Source of the DNA: Dehalococcoidia bacterium
GTDB lineage: Bacteria; Chloroflexota; Dehalococcoidia; DSTF01; JACRBR01
DNA: 64,000 nt
Direction: 5' to 3'
NCBI GenBank assembly: GCA_015478665.1
Contig: JADMII010000004.1
Location: 80,586 to 144,585 of the forward strand
Below are positions 27,885 to 38,105 of this stretch, one piece after another (positions within the stretch are counted from its first letter, which is position 1; the number at the start of each line of letters is the position of its first letter). A model generated the notes under the pieces. That model was not told where the DNA came from. It saw nothing but the letters and a program-made list of their open reading frames with translations, and did no database searches. A program made the position numbers and the translations under genes.

Positions 27885-28540
27885 CCAGCGCCGGTGTCAT
27901 CGCCGCCTCGTACGCGGTCGGTTCCGTGCCGGTCGCGTACGTCGTGGGACGTGCGCGCGGCGTGGACATCCGCGAGCGCGGCAGCGGCAACGTCGGCGCC
28001 TCGAACGTCTGGCAGAGCGTTTCGCGCACGCTTGTCGTGCCGGTCGGGCTGGCGCAGATCGGGCAGGGCTCTGCCGGCGTGCTGATCGCGCGCGCCGCCG
28101 GTGAGGGCACGGGCGTGCAGGTGGCTGCCGGCCTCGCGGCCGTCGTCGCCCACAACTGGAACCCCTGGCTGCGATGCCGCGGAGGCCGCGGCGTCGGCCC
28201 GGCGATCGGCGTCATCGGCGCCGTCTCGCCACCGGCGCTGGGCTCCTTCATCGTCATCGCGCTCGGCGGCGTGGCGCTGCGGGCGGTGCCGCAGGGCGTC
28301 GGCGCAGCGCTCGCCGGCGCGCCCGTCGCCGCTGCCGTCGCCGGCGAACCGCCTGCGGTCAGCGGCGGCCTCGCGCTGGTGGCGATCTTCGTGCTGCTGA
28401 AGCGGCTGCTCGGCAACGACGCGCCCGAGCCCCGGTACGCGCGCCCGCAGGTCTGGCTCACCCGTCTGCTGTACGACCGCGACGACCGCGACCGCGACGC
28501 CTGGGTGCGCCGCAACCTCGACGCCTCGCCACGCCGCTGA
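27878..28540 (+). CDS. plsY: Glycerol-3-phosphate acyltransferase
   Basis: YAVGSVP, DIRERGSGNVGASN, AHNW.PW...GGRGV, N..LL.G-like C-terminal region. Confidence 0.85.
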   Translation: MLTSAGVIAASYAVGSVPVAYVVGRARGVDIRERGSGNVGASNVWQSVSRTLVVPVGLAQIGQGSAGVLIARAAGEGTGVQVAAGLAAVVAHNWNPWLRCRGGRGVGPAIGVIGAVSPPALGSFIVIALGGVALRAVPQGVGAALAGAPVAAAVAGEPPAVSGGLALVAIFVLLKRLLGNDAPEPRYARPQVWLTRLLYDRDDRDRDAWVRRNLDASPRR

Positions 28541-28656
28541 CGTCGGCCAGGTCGCTGCGGCTGCGCCCGGTACACCTGCGCGCTGCGCCTGCGATGCTGC
28601 GTTGCAGGCGGCATGACGATCGTTCATCGTCCGCCCTTCGGGTGTACCCTGAACGT

Positions 28657-30048
28657 ATGGGCGATACGCCGGACGGCATCCGCACGGAATCGGACTCACT
28701 CGGCGATGTGCGGGTGCCGGCGGCCGCCTACTACGGCGCCCAGACCCAGCGCGCCGTCGAGAATTTTCCCATCTCCGGGCTGCGCGCGCATCCCGCGCTC
28801 ATCCGCGCGACGGCGCTGATCAAGCGCGCATCGGCCCGCGCCAACCGCCAGCTCGGCAAGCTCGACGAGCGGCTGGCCAGCGCGATCGAGCAGGCGGCGC
28901 AGGAGATCGCCGACGGGCAGCTGCGCGACCAGTTCGTCGTCGACGTGTTCCAGGCCGGCGCCGGCACGTCGTACAACATGAACGCCAACGAGGTCATCGC
29001 CAACCGCGCCAACGAGATCCTCGGCGGCGCGCGCGGCATGTACGCGCCGGTGCATCCGAACGACCACGTGAACATGAGCCAGTCGACGAACGACACGGTG
29101 CCGGCCGCCATCCGCATCGCCGGCCTGGAGCTCGCCACGCCGCTGCTCGCCGCGCTCGATGCGCTCGCCGCCGCGCTCGAAGACAAGGCGCGCGAGTTCG
29201 GCGACGTGCTGAAGTCGGGCCGCACGCATCTCCAGGACGCCGTGCCGATCCGCCTCGGGCAGGAGTTCGCCGGCTGGGCGTGGACGCTCCGACGCGATCG
29301 CCGGCGCATCGACGCGGCCGTGGACTGCCTGCGCGAGATCAACCTCGGCGGCACGGCCGTCGGCACCGGCATGAACACGGCGGCAGACTACGCCGCCAAC
29401 GTCGCCCTCGAGTTCCCCGGGCTCGACCTGCATCCGGCGGCGAACCTGATCGCCGTCACGCAGTCGATGTCTGACTTCGCGCACGGCTCGGGCGCCCTGC
29501 GCACCGTCGCGCTGGACCTTATCCAGATCGCCAACGACCTGCGCCTGCTCAGCTCCGGCCCGCGCACCGGCCTCGCGGAGATCGCCCTGCCGGCAGTGCA
29601 GCCGGGCTCGTCGATCATGCCGGGCAAGGTCAACCCGGTGATGGCCGAGATGACCGACATGGTCTGCTTCCAGGTCGTCGGCAACGACACGACGATCGCC
29701 CTGGCGACGCAGGCCGGCCAGCTCGAGCTGAACGTCATGATGCCGGTCATCGCCCATAACCTGCTGCAGTCGTTGGAGATCCTCGCGCAGGCCGTCGTCG
29801 CGCTCACGGAGCGATGCGTGCGCGGGATCACCGCCGATCGCGCGCGGGCGCGGCGCTACTTCGAGTCCAGCGTCGGTCTGGCGACGGTGCTGAACCCGCT
29901 CATCGGCTATCGCGCCGCGGCGAAGGTCGCGCAGGAATCCGAGCGCACCGGCGAGACGATCCTCGAGGTGGTGCGCCGGCGCAAGCTGCTCACGGAGGAA
30001 CAGATCGGCGAGCTGTTCGACCCCGCCCGCCTCACCGAGCCGCGCTGA
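28657..30048 (+). CDS. aspA: Aspartate ammonia-lyase / class II fumarase family, AspA-like
   Basis: YYGAQTQRAVENF, QAGAGTSYNMN (AspA-like rather than the QTGSGT of FumC), HPNDHVN.SQSTND, GRTHLQDA, GSSIMPGKVNP. Confidence 0.75.
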   Translation: MGDTPDGIRTESDSLGDVRVPAAAYYGAQTQRAVENFPISGLRAHPALIRATALIKRASARANRQLGKLDERLASAIEQAAQEIADGQLRDQFVVDVFQAGAGTSYNMNANEVIANRANEILGGARGMYAPVHPNDHVNMSQSTNDTVPAAIRIAGLELATPLLAALDALAAALEDKAREFGDVLKSGRTHLQDAVPIRLGQEFAGWAWTLRRDRRRIDAAVDCLREINLGGTAVGTGMNTAADYAANVALEFPGLDLHPAANLIAVTQSMSDFAHGSGALRTVALDLIQIANDLRLLSSGPRTGLAEIALPAVQPGSSIMPGKVNPVMAEMTDMVCFQVVGNDTTIALATQAGQLELNVMMPVIAHNLLQSLEILAQAVVALTERCVRGITADRARARRYFESSVGLATVLNPLIGYRAAAKVAQESERTGETILEVVRRRKLLTEEQIGELFDPARLTEPR

Positions 30049-30310
30049 CGGACGCGGCGCGCCGGCGCGCTTCAACGCCGCCACGACGCCCATGCGGCCC
30101 GGCCGCGGCATTCCACCGCCCGGCGTCGGGCTGCCGCCGAAGCGGGCTTCCCGCGCCGGCCGCCCGTCCTGGCTTCGGCCTCCGCCGTCCGCCGCCAACC
30201 CTCCACTCCAGTGCCGCATCGATGCCCGCCTCCCGGAACGGCCGTATCCGGGGTTTCCCCGACGCAGCAGCGGCCGTCCCCGGCCGAGACATCGCACGGG
30301 GGACACCACT

Positions 30311-30859
30311 GTGACACGATTGCTCCGCGACCCGCTCTACACCGGCGCGCTCGCCGCGCTCGTCGCCGTATCGCTCATCGCGGTCGTGCTCGCGGCTGGC
30401 AGCGGCAGCTCGAGCGCCGCCGCGCAGGCCGCGCGCAACCAGTCGCGGACCGCCGTCGCGACGCGGACCGGTCTGCCGGCGACCGCCACGCCGGCGCCGG
30501 CGCCGACGCCGCAGCTGTACGAGGTGCTGCTCGATGCTCGCCGCGCGCTGGATCTTTCGGCGCTCCGGGACGCTCTCCTGAACTACCGCCGCCGCTTCGG
30601 CGCCTACCCGACGACCGGCGGCGCGCTGCAGACGGTGTGCAAGACGCCCGGTGACGCGGGCTGCGCGCTGTCGGCCGTGAGCGGGACGCTTTCGTACAAC
30701 GACGGTGAGTTCGACTACCTGTACGCATCGGACGGCCGCGCATTCACCTTGTGGACGCGCCTGCAGACGCCGGTGACTCCGAACGGCTGCGACGGCACGC
30801 TGCCGCCCGCGCTCGCCGGACTGCCCGTGTACTGCCTCGGCTCGAAGGGGGAGCAGTGA
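30311..30859 (+). CDS. Membrane-anchored protein with pilin/pseudopilin-like globular region
   Basis: N-terminal TM helix, Pro/Ala/Thr linker, DARR..DL..L..AL..Y....G.YP, Y.Y.SDG..F.L...L, four Cys. Confidence 0.5.
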   Translation: MTRLLRDPLYTGALAALVAVSLIAVVLAAGSGSSSAAAQAARNQSRTAVATRTGLPATATPAPAPTPQLYEVLLDARRALDLSALRDALLNYRRRFGAYPTTGGALQTVCKTPGDAGCALSAVSGTLSYNDGEFDYLYASDGRAFTLWTRLQTPVTPNGCDGTLPPALAGLPVYCLGSKGEQ

Positions 30860-31506
30860 TGGAAGCTCGAAGCAAGAACCTCGTCATCGGGCTGGCGCCG
30901 GTGTTCGCCGGCGGCGTCATCGCCGTCGCGGCGACCACGCGCGCCGGCGGCTTCATGCTCCAACTGCCGTTGCAGGCGGTCGTCGTCGCCGCCGTGTTGA
31001 CGATGGCCTGGCGCGTCGCCGCGACCATCGAGCGCGCCCGCGCCGACGTCGCCATCGCCGCCGTGAAGCCGGTCGTGCTGCAGCGCATGACCGGCGACCG
31101 CCGCCGCCCGACGTTCGACCGCGAGACCGGGCTCCTCGCCGACTGGTACTTCCGCCTGCGTGTCGAAGAAGAGATCGCGCGCGCGCAGCGCTACGGCCAG
31201 AAGTTCACGATGCTGCGCATCGCGCACGCCGGAGCCGATGCGCGCGGCGGCATCGCCCGCTCCGCGCGCACCTGCCTGCGGGCCATCGACCTCGCCGGAA
31301 GCGTCGGCTCGATGACGTGCGTGCTGCTGCCCAATACCAGCCGCGACGCGGCAAGCACCGTCGCCGACCGCCTGCTTGAGCTCGTGCCGGGCGCGCGGAT
31401 CGACGCCGCCGAGTGCCCCAGCGAGGCGTCGACGCTCGCCGGCCTGCTCGGCGAGACCGAATGGACGACGAGCGAGCAGTCCGCGGCCGAAGACGAAGCG
31501 GCCTAA
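30859..31506 (+). CDS. Membrane protein with degenerate GGDEF domain
   Basis: Two TM helices; D.ETGL...YF..RVEEEIARAQRY, LRAID, VLLPNT...A..VADRL; no GG[DE]EF. Confidence 0.7.
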   Translation: MEARSKNLVIGLAPVFAGGVIAVAATTRAGGFMLQLPLQAVVVAAVLTMAWRVAATIERARADVAIAAVKPVVLQRMTGDRRRPTFDRETGLLADWYFRLRVEEEIARAQRYGQKFTMLRIAHAGADARGGIARSARTCLRAIDLAGSVGSMTCVLLPNTSRDAASTVADRLLELVPGARIDAAECPSEASTLAGLLGETEWTTSEQSAAEDEAA

Positions 31507-31871
31507 GGCCGTCGCCAACCGGCGTCCCAAACTCACACGGATGAGTGGCGTTGGACGCCGCCGACGCTGGCCGCAGAGCTCGACCGGGACGACAGCCTGG
31601 CGCGCAGCCGGTCGCTCCTGCCACGGCGCGGCGGGCGCAGCGGCGGCGCCGTCTGGCCACCGTCTACGGTGCGCTCGCGACCGGCGATGGACGAGGCCTC
31701 GCCCGACGCGAGGAAGCGCACCAGCGCGGCGGCCTCGTTCGGCGTCCAACCGCTTCATCGGTTGCGGATCGCGCGCACACGCCGGACGGTCGCCGCGCCT
31801 CCACGCGAGGTGTGACGCGGCGCAGGTCGCTCGTGTACGCTTGCGAGGGTGCACGGCGTAAGGGGTATTCG

Positions 31872-33734
31872 TTGAGAACACCTGCTTCACCGCCCGCCGA
31901 AAGTGTCCCGCGCCAGCAACTCGCGTTCACCCGGTTGACGCGGCCGCTGCGGAACTACCTGGCGACCGAGACAGGCGGCGCCGCGCTGCTCATCGCGGCG
32001 TCGGTCGTTGCGCTCGTGTGGGCGAATTCACCCTGGTCGGCGCCGTACGAGTCGATCTGGAACACCGTTCTCTCGATTCACGTCGGGTCATACCAGCTCT
32101 CGATGGACCTGCGGCGCTGGGTCAACGACGGCCTGATGGTGCTCTTCTTCTTCGTGGTGGGACTGGAAGTCCGCCGCGAGATTTCCGTCGGCGAACTGGC
32201 GGAGCCCCGGAGCCTCGTGCTTCCCGTCGTCGCGGCGCTCGGCGGAGCTGTCATCCCGGCGGCGTTATACCTGCTGCTGAACCCGTCGGGAGACGCGGCG
32301 CGCGGCTGGGGCGTCGTCGTGGGCACCGATACCGCGTTCCTGCTCGGCGCGCTGACGCTCGTGGGGCCGCGGCTCTCTACGCAGTTGCGTGTCTTCCTGC
32401 TGACGCTGACCATCGGCGACGATCTGATCGCGGTGAGCGTCATCGCGCTGTTCTACGCGGACTCCATCAACCTCGTCGCGCTCATGGTCGCGGTCGCATG
32501 TCTGGGGGTGTTCGCGCTCCTTTCGCAGCTGCGCGCGTGGCAGACAACAGCGTACGCCATCGTCGGACTCGTGCTGTGGGTGGCGACGGTGGAGTCCGGT
32601 GTGCACCCGTCGATCAGCGGCATGGTCGCCGGACTGCTGATCGCTGCGCATCCGCCGGAGCGGGATGCGATCGAGCGAGCGGCTTCGCTGTTCCGCGCGT
32701 TTCGCCAATCGCCTCTGCCGGCGGCCGGCCGCTCGGCGAAGATCGGCCTGCAACAGGCCGTCTCCGTCAACGAACGGCTGCAGGCGGTATGGCATCCGTG
32801 GACGAGCTACTGGATCGTCCCGATCTTTGCGTTCGCGAACGCGGGCGTGGATCTACGCGGCGGCCTTCTACAAGACGCACTGCGCTCGCCGATTACGTGG
32901 GGCGTCGTGCTGGGCCTGGTCGTCGGCAAGCCGGTCGGTATCGCGGTGGCCACGTTCGTCGTTGTCCGGTTGGGCTGGGGATCGCTGCCGCGCGGCGTTG
33001 GGTCCGGGCAGCTCGTCGGTGGCGGGGCGCTCTCTGGCATCGGCTTCACGGTGTCGCTTCTTGTCACGGCGCTGGCCTTTGAGTCGTCTACGCTAGCAGG
33101 TGAAGCGACGGTCGGGGTTCTGCTCGCCGCCGTCTTGTCGACCGCGAACGGCTGGGTGATCTTCCGGCTCGCCGCCGTCGTGCTCGGCGAGCGCACGGCG
33201 GTGCTCCCGATGGTTCTCGATCCGCCGGTCGACGCCGGGCGTGACCACGTCCGCGGCCGGGCGGCTGCGCAGCTGACGCTCGCCGAGTATGGAGACTTCG
33301 AGTGCCCATTCTGCAGCGGCGCGACGGGGATCATCGCCGACTTGGCCGATCGGCTGGGCGACGACTTCCGTTACGTCTTCCGCCACCTTCCACTGACGGA
33401 CGTCCATCCGCACGCCGAACTGGCTGCGCAAGCGGCCGAGGCGGCCGCGGCGCAGGGCCGGTTCTGGGAGATGCACGACCTGCTGTTTCTTCACCAGGAT
33501 CAACTCGAGCTTCCGGACCTCGTCGGGTATGCGGCGCGGCTGGGACTGGATGTCGAGCGGTTCGCGCGCGAACTGGAATCCGGCCAGCATCTCGCCCGGA
33601 TCCGGCAAGACGTGCTGAGCGCGGAAGAGAGCGGCGCTCGAGGCACACCGACGTTCTTCATTGGTTCCAGGCGCCACACCGGAGCCTACGACGTGGAGAA
33701 GTTGTTCGAGGAACTCACCGAAACGATGACGTAG
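31872..33734 (+). CDS. nhaA: Na+/H+ antiporter NhaA fused to a DsbA/thioredoxin domain
   Basis: WVNDGLM.LFFF.VGLE, GW....TDTAF, IGDD, VGKPVGI, GIGFT.SL; C-terminal [22 protein letters not shown]; start uncertain. Confidence 0.9.
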   Translation: MRTPASPPAESVPRQQLAFTRLTRPLRNYLATETGGAALLIAASVVALVWANSPWSAPYESIWNTVLSIHVGSYQLSMDLRRWVNDGLMVLFFFVVGLEVRREISVGELAEPRSLVLPVVAALGGAVIPAALYLLLNPSGDAARGWGVVVGTDTAFLLGALTLVGPRLSTQLRVFLLTLTIGDDLIAVSVIALFYADSINLVALMVAVACLGVFALLSQLRAWQTTAYAIVGLVLWVATVESGVHPSISGMVAGLLIAAHPPERDAIERAASLFRAFRQSPLPAAGRSAKIGLQQAVSVNERLQAVWHPWTSYWIVPIFAFANAGVDLRGGLLQDALRSPITWGVVLGLVVGKPVGIAVATFVVVRLGWGSLPRGVGSGQLVGGGALSGIGFTVSLLVTALAFESSTLAGEATVGVLLAAVLSTANGWVIFRLAAVVLGERTAVLPMVLDPPVDAGRDHVRGRAAAQLTLAEYGDFECPFCSGATGIIADLADRLGDDFRYVFRHLPLTDVHPHAELAAQAAEAAAAQGRFWEMHDLLFLHQDQLELPDLVGYAARLGLDVERFARELESGQHLARIRQDVLSAEESGARGTPTFFIGSRRHTGAYDVEKLFEELTETMT

Positions 33735-33904
33735 AGCGGGCGTTGGCCCGGAGCAGACGCCGGGACGTCGTCAACGCCGGGACGCCGCCGGCGCCCGGAC
33801 GTTGCTGCGACCTTTGCATGCGAACGCGACGTGTAGTGCGTTCGGCTACCGGCACGAAGCATGGAAATCGCTCGCCTGCGCGGCGCAGAAGCACTCGCCG
33901 ACAA

Positions 33905-34351
33905 TCAAGGCGCCCGGAATCCGTTCGCACGGTGCGTGCCGTCGCAGAACGGCTTGTTGTCCGATCCGCCGCATCGGCAGAGCGCGACACGCGTTGCCTC
34001 CCTGACCGGCGACCCGTCCGCGCCCACGATGCGGATGCGGCCGCGGAGGAATAGCGGGCCGTTTCGCCACACTGTCACTTCGGTATCGGCCGGTGCTTGC
34101 TCCTGCGGGCCACCATCGAGCCGCGCGAAGGACAACGCGCCGGTCGGGCAGCCCGCGACGACTCCGGCGATCGCATCCGCGGACGCGGCAGTGATATCGA
34201 TCCATGGCCGCCTCCGAACGTCGAACACCTGCGGGAGCCCCTCGAGGCAGCGCGCCGTGTGGATGCAATATGCCGGCTCCCAATACACCACGATCTGCTC
34301 GCTCCGGTACTCGCGTGCCACGCCGGGCTGTTTGCGCTCGCCTTCCTCCAT
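33905..34351 (-). CDS. Divergent 4Fe-4S mono-cluster domain + CDGSH iron-sulfur domain protein
   Basis: CIHTARC..LP.VF...RPWI...CPTGAL; NGPL, ALCRCGGS.NKPFCDGTH. Confidence 0.9.
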   Translation of the reverse strand: MEEGERKQPGVAREYRSEQIVVYWEPAYCIHTARCLEGLPQVFDVRRRPWIDITAASADAIAGVVAGCPTGALSFARLDGGPQEQAPADTEVTVWRNGPLFLRGRIRIVGADGSPVREATRVALCRCGGSDNKPFCDGTHRANGFRAP

Positions 34352-34373
34352 GTCCGCCCTCCCGGATGCGCTG

Positions 34374-34799
34374 CTAGATCACCCCGATCTGCTTCAAGAA
34401 ACCTACCTGGTCGTAGAACAGGTTCTCCTCCACGATCTCGCCGTCCTTCCAGCGCGCGACGGTGCAGAACTGCAACTCGAATGTCTTGCCCGTCGCCGCC
34501 ACAGACCTTCCGTCGGGCGCCTGCCACGGACCGACCATCTTCCCCTTCCACCTGGCGATCGTGCAGGTCCAGTCCCCGGACCCGAACATCACCTTGTAGG
34601 GGTCGTTCTCCAGGCTGTTTTCGATTGATTTGAAGAACGCCTCCGACTCAGCCTGGTGCGCGTTTCGCCCCCGCGTCGGCTCCGGCTGGCCCGGCCAGTA
34701 GACTGCCGTGTCCGCGGCGTGCCGCTTCCGGAACACCTCCCAGTCCCGGGCGTTCCACGCATCGTCGAGCGTCTTCATGAGTTCCAGATTGTCCGCCAT
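34374..34799 (-). CDS. SnoaL-like ester cyclase (NTF2 fold)
   Basis: DDAWN..DW, ATGKTF, W..G.IVEE..YD....KQIG; RBS GGAAGG before ATG 34799. Confidence 0.85.
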   Translation of the reverse strand: MADNLELMKTLDDAWNARDWEVFRKRHAADTAVYWPGQPEPTRGRNAHQAESEAFFKSIENSLENDPYKVMFGSGDWTCTIARWKGKMVGPWQAPDGRSVAATGKTFELQFCTVARWKDGEIVEENLFYDQVGFLKQIGVI

Positions 34800-35347
34800 C
34801 AAGAACCTTCCTGTTCTCGAACCCTGACCCGGAGCGCGCGCAACCCGATTCCGGCTGGTGGCGTCCGCTCGCGTGGACCTCGGATGAGCATTGTACGATG
34901 GCGCACCGGCGGGGTGTAACGAGCCGATGGAGGTACGGCCGGGAAGCCCGAGCCGGGGACGCGCGTTCCAGCATCGCAGTTCGTACCCAGGTGCCTCACT
35001 TGCCAGCTGTGACGAACGAGCGTATAGTGGATTATGAAACGGAAGCATGTCACGCGATGCTTGCATCACGGGGGAAAAACGCGAAGGCGACCGTGAGCGA
35101 GCTGCTCGCGTCGCCGGCAGCTGGCGGAACGAGCATGTCAGGAGCGACCCGGACCCATTCGGCCGCGGCTCGCCGTCACGAGGTGTCGACGCGGTCATGG
35201 GCGGGCTCGAGCGCCAGCTCGCGACGACTGCCCGAAGGCGGAATACTGCCGCCAACATCATGTTTCGGAGTACGGCAGGGACATCGCGCTGAAGACGGGA
35301 GCAGTACGCCAGAGTTCCGGCGCGCGCACCCGGTAAGGAGCAAATCC

Positions 35348-35824
35348 ATGGCACTGGTAACCCGGCTCAACCACGCAGTCCTCTACGTCTCCGACCTGGC
35401 GCGCTCGCTCGAGTTCTATCAGCGTGCGTTCGGGTTCACGGTCGTCGACCGGATGGGCGACGAGGCCGTCTTCCTGCGGGCCGCACACACCGACAATCAC
35501 CACGACCTCGCCCTGATGTCGGTGGGGGCGAACGCGCCGCGTCCGGCGCCGCGTTCCGTCGGCCTCTACCATCTTGCCTGGCAGGTGGCCACGATGGAGG
35601 AGTTGGCGGAGATGGCGGGGCGCCTGACTGGGCTCGATGCGCTCACCGGCATGAGTGACCATGGGGTTTCGAAGTCCCTGTACGGCCAAGACCCCGACGG
35701 CATCGAGTTTGAGATCATGTTCGAAGTGCCGCGCGACCAGTGGGGCCGATACGAACAGCAGGCGGTCGTGATGCCGCTGAATCTCGAACGAGAGCTCCAG
35801 CGGTTCGGCTCGACCGGGACGTGA
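35348..35824 (+). CDS. VOC family (glyoxalase/extradiol dioxygenase-like) protein
   Basis: LNHAVLYVSDL.RS..FY, HHDLAL, GLYHLAW, DHGVSKSLY..DPDGIEFE; RBS AAGGAG. Confidence 0.9.
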   Translation: MALVTRLNHAVLYVSDLARSLEFYQRAFGFTVVDRMGDEAVFLRAAHTDNHHDLALMSVGANAPRPAPRSVGLYHLAWQVATMEELAEMAGRLTGLDALTGMSDHGVSKSLYGQDPDGIEFEIMFEVPRDQWGRYEQQAVVMPLNLERELQRFGSTGT

Positions 35825-36112
35825 GAAGGGCATCGAGCCGGCGATGAACGCATCCGGCGATGCCCACGGACGACGCTGCCCGACCTCCACCTCCCCCGGC
35901 GCCGCCACGACTTGCACACGATCCCCGGACACGACCTGCGCGCCGGGCATCTGCTGGCCCAAGGTCAGTGGAGCGACAGCGGCGCCTCCCCGTGCGCCCC
36001 ACATGGACGCTCTGCGCCGTGGAGTGCATCGCAGGCGCTGACAGGGCTGTTGTCGCCGCAATCCTTCAAGTCAAGACAGTCGTGTCAGCGCCCGCCCTCG
36101 TCGTGTCGCGCA

Positions 36113-36200
36113 TTCCACCTCCCACCTCGCACCTCCACCTCGCACTTCTCATCGCCTCCGACCTCCGGCCTGTGCCGTCCCACCTCCACCACCCGCACCA
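36113..36200. repeat. Pyrimidine-rich degenerate heptamer tract (TC[CG]CACC-like)
   Basis: ttccacc tcccacc tcgcacc tccacc tcgcact ... tccgacc tccggcc. Confidence 0.55.
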
Positions 36201-36297
36201 TCCGATTGCCGCCGAATGATCCGATTCATATGATGCAGATGATCCTGACGACCCCGCATCGGCCGGTGGGGCGGCGTAGCGAGAGAGGCACCCCCGC

Positions 36298-37812
36298 ATG
36301 CACGTCCGCGTCGCGTCCGGCGATATCACTCAGACCGAGACGCAGTGCGTCGTCGTGAATCTGTTCCAGGGCGTCGTCGCCCCGGCCGGCGCGTCGGGCG
36401 CCGTCGACCGCGCGCTCAGCGGCATGCTCACCGAGCTCATCGCCGCCGGCGACATCACCGGCAAGTGGGGCGAGCTGACGCTGCTCCACACCATCGGCCG
36501 CGCGCTGGCCGCGCCGCGCGTCCTCGTCGCCGGCCTTGGCACAGCCGACGAGTTCACGATCGACCGCGTGCGTGACCTCAGCGCCAACATCGCGCGCCTC
36601 CTCGGCGCACGACGAATCCGCGACGCCGCGACGATCACCCATGGCGCCGGCCTCCGCGCGCTCGATGCAGAGTCGTGCGCGCAGGCCATCGCCGAGGGCG
36701 CGCTGCTCGGGTCGTACCGATTCGATGCTCACAAGCAGCCGGAGGAGGATGCCACCCGCCTGAAGACGCTGACGATCGTCGAGAACGATCAGGCGAAGGT
36801 GGCGCCGCTGACGCGGGGCGCCGAACGCGGCGTGATCGTCGCCGAGGCGGCGAACTTCGCCCGCGACCTGGCGAACGAGCCGTCGAACGTCCTCACGCCG
36901 ACGGAGTTCGCCGCGCGCGCCGAGACGATGGCACGCGAGGAAGGCCTCGGCTGCCGCATCCTCGACCGCGACGAGTGCCAGCAGATGGGCATGGGCAGCT
37001 TTCTCGGCGTCGCCAAGGGCAGCCAGCAGCCGCCGAAGTTCATCGTGCTGACCTACCGGGGCGCCGGCGACGCCCGCCCTCTGGGCCTCATCGGCAAGGG
37101 CATCACCTTCGACACCGGCGGCATCTCGATCAAGCCCGCCGCCGGCATGGAAGAGATGAAGGCCGACATGACCGGCGGCGCCTGCGTCGTCGCCGCCATG
37201 CGCGCGATCGCCCGCCTGAGGCCGGCGGTCAACGTCACGGCGCTCGTGCCCGCGACCGAGAACATGCCCGGAGGCGGCGCCACCAAGCCGGGCGATGTGC
37301 TGCGCGCGATGAACGGCAAGACGATCGAGGTGATCAACACCGACGCCGAGGGCCGGCTCGTCCTCGCCGACGCGTTGTCGTATGCGGTCAAGCTCGACCT
37401 GTCGCCACTCGTCGACGTCGCGACGCTGACGGCTGCCATTGGGATCGCGCTCGGCGACGTCGCCTACGGCGTCTTCTCGAACAACGACGCGCTCGTCGGA
37501 CGCCTGCGCGCGTCTGCGACGGCGGCCGGCGAGAAGTGCTGGGAGATGCCGATGTTCGCGGAGTACCGCGACGCCATCAAGAGCCCGGTCGCCGATATGC
37601 GGAACAGCGGCGGCCGCAACGCCGGCGCGATCTTCGCGGCGTTCTTCCTCAAGGAGTTCATCGACGACCGGCCGTGGGCGCACCTGGACATCGCCGGCGT
37701 CGACTTCGTCGAGAAGGAGAAGGGCGTGCTCGTGAAGGGCTCGAGCGGCATCCCCGTGCGCACGCTGGTGAACCTCGTGCTGTCGTACGCGCCGGCGGCA
37801 GAGGCGAGCTGA
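36298..37812 (+). CDS. pepA: Leucyl aminopeptidase (M17)
   Basis: ARDLANEP.N, GKGITFDTGG, MKADM.G, ENMP, NTDAEGRLVLAD, WAHLDIAG. Confidence 0.95.
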   Translation: MHVRVASGDITQTETQCVVVNLFQGVVAPAGASGAVDRALSGMLTELIAAGDITGKWGELTLLHTIGRALAAPRVLVAGLGTADEFTIDRVRDLSANIARLLGARRIRDAATITHGAGLRALDAESCAQAIAEGALLGSYRFDAHKQPEEDATRLKTLTIVENDQAKVAPLTRGAERGVIVAEAANFARDLANEPSNVLTPTEFAARAETMAREEGLGCRILDRDECQQMGMGSFLGVAKGSQQPPKFIVLTYRGAGDARPLGLIGKGITFDTGGISIKPAAGMEEMKADMTGGACVVAAMRAIARLRPAVNVTALVPATENMPGGGATKPGDVLRAMNGKTIEVINTDAEGRLVLADALSYAVKLDLSPLVDVATLTAAIGIALGDVAYGVFSNNDALVGRLRASATAAGEKCWEMPMFAEYRDAIKSPVADMRNSGGRNAGAIFAAFFLKEFIDDRPWAHLDIAGVDFVEKEKGVLVKGSSGIPVRTLVNLVLSYAPAAEAS

Positions 37813-37975
37813 CGATGCCGATCGCCGGCAGCCGTCGCCGTCCGACGCTTCACCGGGCAGGTCTGTGCCCGATGCGTCGGTTCACAGTGCGTCGTCGCCG
37901 CCGCTCGGAGGATGCGTGCGTCGCACACCTCGGTGCTGCGGGCGCGGAGCGGCTTGCGCATACACTGGAGGCAGC

Positions 37976-38051
37976 GGGCCCTTAGCTCAGCTGGCAGAGC
38001 AGCGGACTTTTAATCCGTCGGTCCTGGGTTCGAGCCCCAGAGGGCCCACCA
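37976..38051 (+). tRNA. tRNA-Lys (anticodon TTT)
   Basis: GGGCCCT/AGGGCCC acceptor stem, TAGCTCAG D-arm, GCGGA-CTTTTAA-TCCGT anticodon arm, GGTTCGAG T-loop, encoded CCA; 76 nt. Confidence 0.97.
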
Positions 38052-38105
38052 CACCGCCCATTCTGAATCTGTAGGGACAGGTTGCAGCTCGCCGATCCTT
38101 CGCGA

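Noticed and set aside
37976..38105. Integrative element at tRNA-Lys
   Set aside because: No integrase nearby and no duplicated tRNA 3' end seen in the window; glyA ends 55 bp away
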